DNA from: Chiloscyllium plagiosum
Lineage: Eukaryota
NCBI RefSeq assembly: GCF_004010195.1
Contig: NC_057718.1
Coordinates: 59,864,775-59,884,774 of the forward strand
DNA: 20,000 nt
Reading direction: 5' to 3'
The position numbers and the translations under genes were made by a program. This document shows positions 11,254-20,000 of the stretch, piece after piece. The notes below the pieces were generated by a model. The model saw nothing but the letters and a program-made list of their open reading frames with translations, was not told where the DNA came from and did no database searches. The number at the start of each line of letters is the position of its first letter. Position 1 is the first letter of the stretch.

Positions 11254-11524
11254 ATAGTAGATTTGGATCGGCTCAGGCTTGGAGGGCCGATGGGCCTGTT
11301 CCTGAGTTGTAAATTTTCTTTGTTCTTTGTTCTTGTTTATTAACTCAATAATTTACATTAATATTAGAATCATCACCTGCCCTCCACCTCAAATCTGAAT
11401 CTCACAGGTTGATAAATCTGGAACTGACAGGACATGTTCTCATCTGGTTAATTCAAGTTCAATGCTTGGAAGATGCTTTTGTACTGTGTCTGGAATATTT
11501 AGATCACTCCGTACACCATCTGAT

Positions 11525-11794
11525 CTAGTCCAAGTATGATTGCTCACATCCTCTGACAGCCATACGCAGACTTGCATTGAATAGGGTCAATGCTTTTCTT
11601 TTCATCCTGAAATTCCCTTTAGGCCTTCTGACAATGGAAGATCTCGGCTGATCGGTTAGTCTGATAACTGAGGCTTCTGACTTCCTGTGCCTTAACCAAA
11701 CTTTCTGCTTTAGCTTTAATGTTGACAGAGATTTCACTACTGTTCTTGCTTTTTGTTGGAGAATGCTTTCGCTAAATTGTTTAAACCTCACCAT
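11525..11794 (-). mobile_element. Probable Gypsy/Ty3 LTR-retrotransposon integrase C-terminal relic
   Basis: LSTLKLKQKVWLRHRKSEASVIRLTDQPRSSIVRRPKGNFRMKRKAL resembles the Gypsy integrase tail pattern L..L..G..VW......A.V.....PRSY.V....G..RRNR..L. Confidence 0.5.
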
Positions 11795-11939
11795 AGCTAT
11801 GTTTGGCTTGAGGCTGTGCTTTAAAACTTTACATCTGTTTTTAACCCTGGTGGTTAGGACCTATTATTCAAGCTTAGACCATCTGTAGCTTGTAATATAG
11901 AAGGGAATGTCAGATGAAAATATTGTCATTCAATCCCAC

Positions 11940-12135
11940 CTCAAACACAACCGCAGCAATAGCCCTCCCATTAATGACTGGCTCAATCTCATTCATGAGG
12001 ATATTCCTCCTTCAGTTAGTTCCCACTCTTCTTTACAGAGGGATGTACTTGTCATGGATGAAAAGCTGACAGTGAATGCAAACTGTGCAATGGAGGTGTC
12101 AGACCTCCAGCAGTGCAGTGAATGTGCAAGGTAAG
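11940..12135 (+). mobile_element. Possible Gypsy pol relic (region before and including the integrase CxxC)
   Basis: INDWLNLIHEDIPPSVSSHSSLQRDVLVMDEKL...QQCSECAR loosely resembles I..GWP.....P.....YW..R..L.V.DG.L...C..C. Weak, and opposite in orientation to the adjacent relic. Confidence 0.25.
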
Positions 12136-12459
12136 AGATTCATTCAAGAGGGGAGGGGTGAATACTGATGTCAGTGGTAGGATGTAGCTTTTGAAGGTAC
12201 ACTGACAGATATTGGCAACTTATATGAGGATATTTGACCTCTTCTGCCATCCAGTCACTTGGAATGACATTTTTGGCACTGATCTCCACAGCCATGTTTC
12301 TCAGGTCAATGTCACTTTCTACAGGAACTACCGCAGCCATAATATAACTCCACTTCTAAGTGGTGCAGTCTCATTTTAAGCAGTGCAGAAGAGACTTGGC
12401 TAGTTCTAAGCACTCCTGATTTGGCTCCCTGTAGAGTAATCCAGACTACGAACATTTTT

Positions 12460-12660
12460 GAACAAAAAAATAAAGAATTGCAGATGCTGGAAATCTGAAA
12501 CAAAAATAGAAACTGTTGGGAAAAAAAAAATTGGCAGGTCTGGTAGCATCTGTGAAGAGAACGCAGAGTCCATGTTTCAGATCGACTGACCCTTCATCAG
12601 ATGTTCCAGTCAGGTTCTGGACAGACCTGCTGAGTTTCTCCAATAATTTCTGTATTTGTT
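12460..12660 (-). mobile_element. Short Penelope-derived hammerhead-bearing element, family A, with partial inverted arm
   Basis: Homologous to 373-551. Minus strand 12600-12570 reads CTGATGA-A-GGGTC-agtc-GATCT-GAAACATGG. 12622-12660 is an imperfect inverted copy of ~12499-12542. Confidence 0.75.
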
Positions 12661-13323
12661 ATAACAAATAACATTAGAGTTGTCTGAATATGGAAATAAT
12701 TGAAATGAACAGACAGCATGAAGTGGGGCTGCTGGTTGCATGGGTTAAACCATCCCTGCACCTATAGATGTAATTGTTAACTTTATCTCTTGAGATCTCC
12801 CATCACATGCAGAGCCTTTGGCAGAATTCAATGTGGAGTTTATCACTAGGGGGAGCTGTGCCCTAGCTACTGTACCCAGAAGACAACTCTGATTGGCCGC
12901 AGAAGCCTCTCCTCAGCTGAAAGTGACAGCTGGGCTTTATTCTCGATTTTGTGGGAGGACAGTTAGTAATTTAAAAGGAGCGGTTACTTTTCATGTGCGC
13001 TTTATTTATACACATTATACACAAAGGAATTGAAGATGTTGACTTATCGGTCCAACTGTGTTGTAAACTGCCATAAATCACTTTTGAGGGGTTAGAGGGG
13101 CTTACTTTGAAAAGTTAATATGCTCTTTCTGCATCTGTCCTTGATTAATTTTACCTTTCTTTTATAATTAAACCTCTAATTCCAGTTTGTGCAGTTCTAA
13201 GATGCAGAAGTGGCAAATTCTACATGTATGGCATCATACCTTATGCAAAATGTATTGAAAATAGAGAAACAAAAATGTGACAGAAATGTTGTGGTTCTGT
13301 TCACCAAGCTGGGAATTTGTGTT

Positions 13324-13363
13324 GCAGTCGTTTCGTCCCCTGTCTCGGTGACATCCTCAGTGC
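13324..13363 (-). ncRNA. Hammerhead ribozyme motif, cleavage triplet mutated (GUC to GAC)
   Basis: gca-CTGAGGA-T-GTCaccgagacagggGAC-GAAACGAC-tgc; stem I is gca/tgc. Confidence 0.7.
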
Positions 13364-13617
13364 TTGGGAGCCTCCTGTGAAGTGCTTCTGTGATCTTTCC
13401 TCCGGCATTTATAGTGGTTTGAATCTGCCGCTTCCGGTTGTCAGTTCCAGCTGTCTGCTGCAGTGGTCGGTATATTGGGTCCAGGTCGATGTGCTTATTG
13501 ATTGAATATACCGACCACTGCAGCGGACAGCTGGAACTGACAACCGGAAGCGACAGATTCAAACCACTACAAATGCCGGAGGAAAGATCACAAAAGCGCT
13601 TCACAGGAGGCTCCCAA

Positions 13618-13657
13618 GCACCGAGGATGTCACCTAGACAGGGAACGAAACGTCTGC
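13618..13657 (+). ncRNA. Hammerhead ribozyme motif, core U4 changed to C
   Basis: gca-CCGAGGA-T-GTCacctagacagggAAC-GAAACGTC-tgc; the predicted site would follow 13654. Confidence 0.7.
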
Positions 13658-16600
13658 AACACAAATTCCCAGCTTGGTGAACAGAGCCACAACAACGAGC
13701 ACCCGAGCTACAAATATTGTAACAGAAATTCAAATTTAAATTTCTATTGTAATAACAATGTTTTATTACAATTTCTATTGAGAACAAAGAGGTGCTGCAT
13801 TCTGACTGCTTTTATAACTACTACTTTACAACAATTATCTCTTGATTGGTATTTTGTATCTTATTGTCAATAATCTATGCCCAACAGACTTTTAATGATA
13901 CTCAACAGTAAATTTGTGTTGGATTCAAAATAAATTATCATTTACAAATGCTAGAATACCTAAATACCTTTGCAAAAGACAATAGGAAATTGCAAGATTT
14001 TACTTTACCAAGATTAGTTTTGATCTGATACTTATTTTTTAAAAAGTGTGATTTTAGCCAATTAAAGCTAATTAAATTAATATGCCTCCAACAAACTGCA
14101 TAAACATGACCCAGACAGTTTAAATGTTTGCTGGTATTACTGATTGGCAAATGCTCAAGAAAGATAAAGAATTCAAACTTTTGTTTTTACTTCCTTGTAA
14201 ATGGAGACAAACCAGATTTGATACAAATTGAGTTGAAAATTCATGTTTATGGGCATCCGTAACAGTCACAGTTAATTCAGTAGAAACAAGGGGAGTTGTC
14301 CAAACTGAATTGATTTTTTACATTGAAAGTGAATTTTAGAACAAAAACTTTCACCTTGGTGTTGACTGAAGTTGTGAATAAGATTAATATCAAGATAAAC
14401 CGAATGTTTATTGCATTCATTTGCACATTTTTGCTCTAGGTCAAACATCTATCATGTATTAGGCAAGTAACTTGACGCCTCCCATAGCATGAATTGACTT
14501 GGGCAACTTTCAGCATAAATGTTGGGATCACATTTAATTTGGATTGTAATCATTTAAACTGAAAGTGCTAACAGGTTGAAAATATAAATGGGAATTCAGT
14601 GTTCTAAATAGTTTCTACAAAGTTCCCTGTTAGTTAGTTACAATTGAAATAATTGGCATTATCTAACCAACAAATCTGAGCTGAATGGAAATCTGATGTA
14701 TAGCAGATTTCTTGATGTGTTATTCCAGTGCCCTAACTGAGAGTCAGGATTGAGACATGTTGGCAAACTATAAAAGCAAGTCTCTGGAACAATGAAAGGC
14801 TGCAGACATCTGATAAATGTATAGTGAAATGCCAATGGGAAATGTCAAACAAATCAGGTCACTACAAATCACATTACTTGAGAACTTCAATAAAATAAAC
14901 TTAAATTATGCATTTTTATTTCAGATTATGTAGAGTGGGATCCATGTTAGTAATATCTTCCTATGACCTACATAGAAATAGAAACTGATTCATAGCCACA
15001 GAGAATCTTTAGGTATCCACATAATTATGATCCTATATTTTTTTGACCTGTGAAAAGTAATGATGACTGGAATACAGATTTCAAAGTCATTTGAAATTAG
15101 CTTACCAAATGATTGCTAAAATTGGTATCAACCAACTGATATATTCTGAATAACATTACCCAACCCAGGTTCACTCAAGGACTTTTGAGTTCAGCTGTCA
15201 ACAGATAAAAAAGTTCCTGGCTTGTGACACAGATTGGGATAAACAGTTATTTCTGAGTATGATTTATTATCCAACAGTATGATAATATGATCAACTGACA
15301 GGCTGTAAGATGTACTTCTTTCAATGGATAGTGAAACATACTGGTTAGTGTACTTGATAAATGGGAAACAAGTTCTATCATGGATAATATTGACAGTAAC
15401 AATATAATGGCAACTGGGCTCAATTATTTAAAATTGGCTGGCTACCAGTGTTCTGTACAATTATTGCTGTCTGCAATTTTAACCTACACTTCTGAGTAAG
15501 TCACAAGCCTGTTTGTATGAAACTTTTATGGTTCCTCTTCAAATACACTGATTGGATTCAATTACACAATTGGACTGACTACAGTTTGTACTGGTGTGCT
15601 ATTCTGTAAATTTCGAGGCTGAGAGCTGTTGAATGGAATATGCAACAGCTTGATTCAGATCTGCAAAACAGAGGGATGCAGCGTGAAGGTTGACCTAGAG
15701 CTTGCATTCTTGCAGCTATGGGTTAAGAAAAACAAAGGCATGTTGCTAATAATAAGTGAAGTACATTTCTGTAAAACGATTAGTTGTTAAGTAATCTTGA
15801 AACAAGGCTCTCAGAAGCATTTAAAGAAATTAAAGTTGATTAAAGAAAATATGGAAAGAATTACAACTTCATAAATTATACTTTGCTCCCAAAAAACTAG
15901 AAAGTATTTTTTCCATAATGGATACAGATAAACCAATGTCTCCCAATTTTTCTTTTAGGACTCATTTCAATAACGAAGTGGAATTGAATTCAAAAACAAT
16001 ACTGTAGATTATTTGACTTCTATTTGACACAGAAATACGGTGAAACCTGAAAATTACAGAAACCTAAAGGGACTGGCAGCTGATGTCCTCTTTTATACAG
16101 GTGTCCTTTTTTTCATAAAGGTCATTTTATATGTGTAACTTTATTTCTAATAATCTTTTGTTATGCAATTATGATCATATAATCAGTTGCACAATGAGAA
16201 TTACTGATAGTTTTGCGGAAGGTATAACAAAACGGATGTGGCAAGTGCTGTGCATGCACAGTGGGATATGTTCCTGATAGCAAAATGGAAAATTGTACAA
16301 TATGGGATTAGGTGCTTTTGCATCTTCTGGCCTGCATTGTCAACAATGCTATATTTGGAAGTGGGGAATGTGACTTCAGAAACGATCCAAACTGACAGGA
16401 CCAAAAACCAATCGAGGAGCAATTATCACAATTTCCATTCAAATTCAGTATCATCAATGGAACATTTCAAAGTGTGATTTCAGGTTGTGTCCTGTGTTTT
16501 AGTAGTAAAGGGCTTTGTGCATTGAAAGCTGTCTGTGGTTCATAGCTTGGCAGTCCCTGTTTTCAATGTATCTCCGTTATCTTTTACAATGTAAGTAATT

Positions 16601-16841
16601 TGGGATTGTCAATAAATAGCTGCTTTATGCAGGTTGCTGATTTTTGAAAGTGTTAATTTTTCACAGCAATTACTACACACTGAATTAATATAAGCTGTGC
16701 TAAAGAAAACCTATATTTACTGAAATGACAAAATTCAAAGTACCTTCCAATTACTATATTAGGCTACAATGGCAAATTTGAGACAAATGACAAAGACACT
16801 CCTTGACTACTTACTTTCTGCTTGTGCCCCTGTTGACCTTT

Positions 16842-17008
16842 GGAACAGGAGATTCGACGTTTCGGGCACAGGCCCTTCTTCAGGAATGAAGAAGGGCCTG
16901 TGCCCGAAACGTCGAATCTCCTGTTCCCTGGATGCTGCCTGACCTGCTGTGCTGTTCCAGCAATAAAGTTTCAACTTTGATCTCCAGCATCTGCAGACCT
17001 CACTTTCT
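16842..17008 (+). mobile_element. Young Penelope-derived hammerhead element, family B, with 5' inverted duplication and 15-bp TSD
   Basis: Perfect TSD cccctgttgaccttt at 16827-16841 and 17009-17023. Perfect 41-bp inverted repeat 16842-16882 / 16887-16927 with a ggaa spacer. Confidence 0.92.
16852..16887 (-). ncRNA. Intact minimal type I hammerhead ribozyme
   Basis: attc-CTGAAGA-A-GGGC-ctgt-GCCC-GAAACGTC^gaat: 4-bp stem I (attc/gaat), 4-bp stem II, palindromic ACGT stem III and a GUC triplet. Predicted cleavage between 16856 and 16855. Confidence 0.85.
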
Positions 17009-18153
17009 CCCCTGTTGACCTTTAACTAGTTCTCTCACAACCAGTCTACAATTTAGATAATCTTTAGTTGGTATTTCAACCAGTAAAGGGGCCTTACTTT
17101 CTACACTTTTAAAACACAGCAGAAGAAGTATCAAGTTCCAAGTAAATTATCCATTTAGAGCTTGATGACCAATCTACATGAATCAGATAGATTGATGTAG
17201 CATTGCACTTTAGTTCCATTATCTTCCTGCAGTTGCTGCAGTATAAGTGGATGAGTTTTGCCAATGCAGATCAATTTATCAAATTCTTTTTACCTCCACT
17301 GATAATCACTGTGAAAAAAACTGAACTTCCCTTAGTAGCTGTAACTGTAAAATTAACACCAAATATTTATTTATGTGGATTTCAAACATAAGGTACAAAT
17401 ATTCTCAAAAGGCCACCAAGTAACATAAATTTGCATCTCAAATGAGTACATTCCAATCCAGTAGGAAAACATGAACACAGAACTTGTCTTTAAGGACAGG
17501 GTAAATGTCTAATTTTTTAATATATTTTATATGAATGTGTATTTTGTTCATTCATGAACTGCTACTTAGAATATTAGGAATATTTATCCTACTCCAAGAT
17601 GACTTAACATTTTGCACAGTGAATATTGAAGGTAGGTTACAACATGAAAGTATTGACATCTCTATGCAGACTAGATTGTGGTGTTGCCTACTACACTGGG
17701 GGGAACCACTGAAAAGAAAAGCCCCTGAACGTGGATCCAGGGACCATGATACATTATTAACCTGTACCCTTTGCTTCTGATACAAGCAGCATGTCCGACT
17801 TGCATTGCCTGCTAATTGCATGATTACTGCTTGCAGCCAGCACTACATATGCATTTGAGTGGCTACATGTCTTAGCTGGAGGCCTAAGTTTATTTAAATC
17901 TCATTATCACCAGCATCCCTCCATCTACATAAAATAATGGATGCCTTCATTGGCTTTGGATGGCTTCATATAGTGTACTTTTACTGATGGCTGAAGAGAG
18001 CAATCTATTAGAGAAAGAATCTGCTACAAATGTTGCATATGAGGTTATCGTGTGTCATTGTGGTGCACTATTTGGTATTGGCACCTGACATTGAACTACT
18101 GTAGCCACCAATTAACATGATGGTGTATCTCACCTCATAGATAACATTATCAC

Positions 18154-18300
18154 TTTTAGATTTAGATTTTATTCTCACGTGTATTCGAGTACAGGAAAAC
18201 AGGAGGACAGTGAAAAGTATGCAGAATCGCCATTGTCCAGTGCCACCTGAGTGTGTAAAAGACAGGGTTAAAACCAGTAGCAGAAGGGAAAGCAACAGCT
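18154..18300 (-). mobile_element. Rex1/Babar-like LINE 3'UTR fragment
   Basis: The minus strand ends ...cttttcactgtcctcctgttttcctgtactcgaatacacgtgagaataaaatctaaatctaaa, resembling the ttttcactg...gtgacaataaa-(repeat) termini of Rex1-type LINEs. The upstream boundary is uncertain. Confidence 0.55.
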
Positions 18301-18405
18301 AAAATTAACGGAAATGTCCAGATCACTCCCCTGCCTCCACCATGAGTCTTCACAGCCAGCAAAAGCTACAAAGCCATTTCTCTGTGTTGCTTGTTAGTTT
18401 CTCTC

Positions 18406-18958
18406 ACATTGGTAAGGCCACTGTTGGAATATTGCGAGCAATTCTGGTCTCCTTCCTATCGGAAGGATGTTGTGAAACTTGAAAGGTTTAGAAAAGATTT
18501 ACAAGGATGTTGCCAGGGTTGGAGGATTTGAGCTATAGGGAGAGGCTGAACAGGCTGGGGCTGTTTTCCCTGGAGTGTCGGAGGCTGACCTTATAGAGGT
18601 TTATAAAATCATGAGGGGCTTGGATAGGGTAAATAGACAAAGTTTTTTCCCTGGGATGGGGGAGTCCAGAATAGAGGGCACGGGTTCAGGGTGAGAGGGG
18701 AAAGATATAAAAGAGACCTAAGGTGCAACTTTTTCACGCAAAGAGTGGTATGTGTATGGAATGAGCTGCCAGAGGAAGTGATGGAGGCTACTGTGATTGC
18801 CACATTTAAAAGGCATCTGGATGGGTATATGAATAGGAAGGGTTTGGAGGGATATGGGCAGGGTGTAGGCAGGTGGGACTAGATTGGGTTGGGATATCTA
18901 ATCGGCATGGACGGGTTGGACGAAAAGGTCTATTTCTGTGCTGTACAACTCTATGACT
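18406..18958 (+). mobile_element. 5'-truncated CR1/HER1 copy
   Basis: TLVRPLLEYCEQFWSP...FTRMLPGL...FFTQRVVCVWNELPEEV...FKRHLDGYM, followed by a 3'UTR ending ctctatgact. Confidence 0.95.
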
Positions 18959-19733
18959 TTAAGTGAAAATCAATGTATATAAATTCCATGCTACATTTGC
19001 AAGCATCCTTGAAGTAGAGGCTTTAGGCATTCTACAGTTCTTCTGGGTCTGGCCACCCCTTCATACAAGATATCCTAGAGAATTGCTCCACCTTCCATCT
19101 CGCAAATATGGACAATAGGCACTACAGGAATGCAGAGGTATAGCCAGTTGCCATGTGTGTGTAACATGGTATGGTTTGATTTATACATTTAGCATGTTAT
19201 GTTCACTTGTGGTGGCTATTAACTGTGTGGCCAATGGGCAAGTTGGAGTTGTGTTTGCTGTTAACTCACTTGCATGAGTCAGCCACTAAAACACAGGCTA
19301 GAAAGGCACCGTGTTAGTTGTTTTTATCCTGTGCCTCCTTCTCTTCCTTTGCTCCTTCTTCCTCCTCAGCTCTTGGTTTTCGGCCACTTGCCTACAGTTA
19401 GTGGCGAGGGTTTTGTTGATTGTGGTTGTGCAGCAGGTATCAGATTGCAACAGTATACCTCCAGAGTGGTTCAGGAAGAGACAGCATTATTTTAGCCCAC
19501 CAGTGGTTAGCTCCATTGTATTTTTCATGGCAGCATGACTTTCCTTGTGCATATGCATGGGTACATGTGCATGTACTTGTGCATGGGTTGTGCACTGGAC
19601 CAAGGAGCCATGTCATCATTAAACAGCACTTATTGCCCAGTGGCTATCATCTGTCACCTACATTTGAGTCAAATATCACCAACTTCAGCCTCGAAGGGAC
19701 AAGGTTCCACCTTCGTAGCCATACAGTGCTCTG

Positions 19734-20000
19734 AGACAATAGACAATAGACAATAGACAATAGATGTGGGAGTAGGCCATTCAGCCCTTTGAGCCTGCAC
19801 TGCCATTCAATACAATCATGGCTGATCATTCCTAATCAGTATCCTGTTCCTGCCTTATCTCCATAACCCTTGATTCCACTATCTTTGAGAGCTCTATCCA
19901 ACTCTTTCTTAAATGAATCCAGAGAGTGGGCCTCCACTGGCTGGGCCTCCACTGCCCTCTGGGACAGAGCATTCCACACAGCCACCACTCACTGGGTGAA
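19734..20000 (-). mobile_element. CR1-clade LINE 3' end, continuing beyond the window
   Basis: (agacaat)4 tail at 19734-19761, then gtaggccattcagccctttgagcc (3' hairpin). Minus-strand coding reads FTQ*VVAVWNALSQRAVEA...FKKELDRAL. A 13-bp duplication lies at 19927-19939 / 19942-19954. Confidence 0.92.

Larger units (their letters stand above)
7150..11334 (+). mobile_element. Near full-length CR1-clade (HER1-like) LINE, inactive
   Basis: 5'UTR, ORF1 (CxxC..CxxC, coiled coil, SGNH esterase), ORF2 (APE endonuclease plus RT with KFADDTK), 3' hairpin gagggccgatgggcctgttc and (gttcttt)n tail at ~11316-11334. The 5' boundary is approximate and no clean TSD was seen. Confidence 0.97.
13288..13717. 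mobile_element. Penelope-like element 3' end (GIY-YIG C-terminus and pseudo-LTR) as a head-to-head inverted duplication, family C
   Basis: 190-bp arms 13287-13476 and 13505-13694 with 10 mismatches (hand count) and a 28-bp spacer. The minus arm encodes SINKHIDLDPIYRPL, resembling the end of PLE endonuclease ORFs. TSD tgt(g/a)acagaaat at 13276-13287 and 13718-13729. Confidence 0.85.

Noticed and set aside
13197..13787. 196-aa ORF and overlapping ORFs as a host gene
   Set aside because: They are by-products of the inverted PLE duplication; only the short SINKHIDLDPIYRPL region looks like real element coding sequence.
14412..14470. Possible 23-nt exon with a GC donor (ctag|GTCAAAC...TTAG|gcaagt)
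   Set aside because: Not frame-preserving, no recognisable peptide; chance cannot be excluded.
15945..16480. Acceptor-like ttttcttttag at ~15959 and short ORFs at 16201-16477
   Set aside because: All three frames close soon after the acceptor, and the ORFs have no recognisable homology.
16842..16927. Hairpin as a pre-miRNA or MITE terminal inverted repeats
   Set aside because: It is explained by an inverted duplication of the family B 5' end; the repeat is not terminal on the right side, and a 15-bp TSD fits retrotransposition.
18162..18362. Minus ORF with NPVFYTLR resembling the GPCR NPxxY motif
   Set aside because: It overlaps a Rex1-like 3'UTR, has no other transmembrane motifs and no supporting exon structure.
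1..20000. CRISPR arrays, tRNA/rRNA genes, prokaryotic operons
   Set aside because: No regularly spaced repeats or structural RNA gene signatures were seen; the content is eukaryotic retroelement-rich DNA.

Overview
AT-rich, repeat-dense vertebrate intronic or intergenic DNA. The CR1/HER1-type LINE tails and short repeats suggest a cartilaginous fish (shark); this is inference from repeat families, not a database result. No host protein-coding gene can be supported. The largest feature is a near full-length but dead CR1-clade LINE (~7150-11334, +) with a zinc-finger/coiled-coil/SGNH-esterase ORF1 and an APE-endonuclease/RT ORF2 joined by a TAATG stop-start overlap. Around it are truncated CR1, L2, Rex1/Babar-like and probable Gypsy relics. 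The most notable signal is six short Penelope-like (PLE) insertions from three sequence families, each carrying a minimal hammerhead ribozyme core or a remnant of one (CTGANGA-N-stemII-GAAA, ideally ending GAAACGTC). Three have clear 12-15 bp target-site duplications and four have a fold-back (inverted) structure. One copy (16852-16887, minus strand) keeps an intact core inside a perfect 41-bp inverted repeat.
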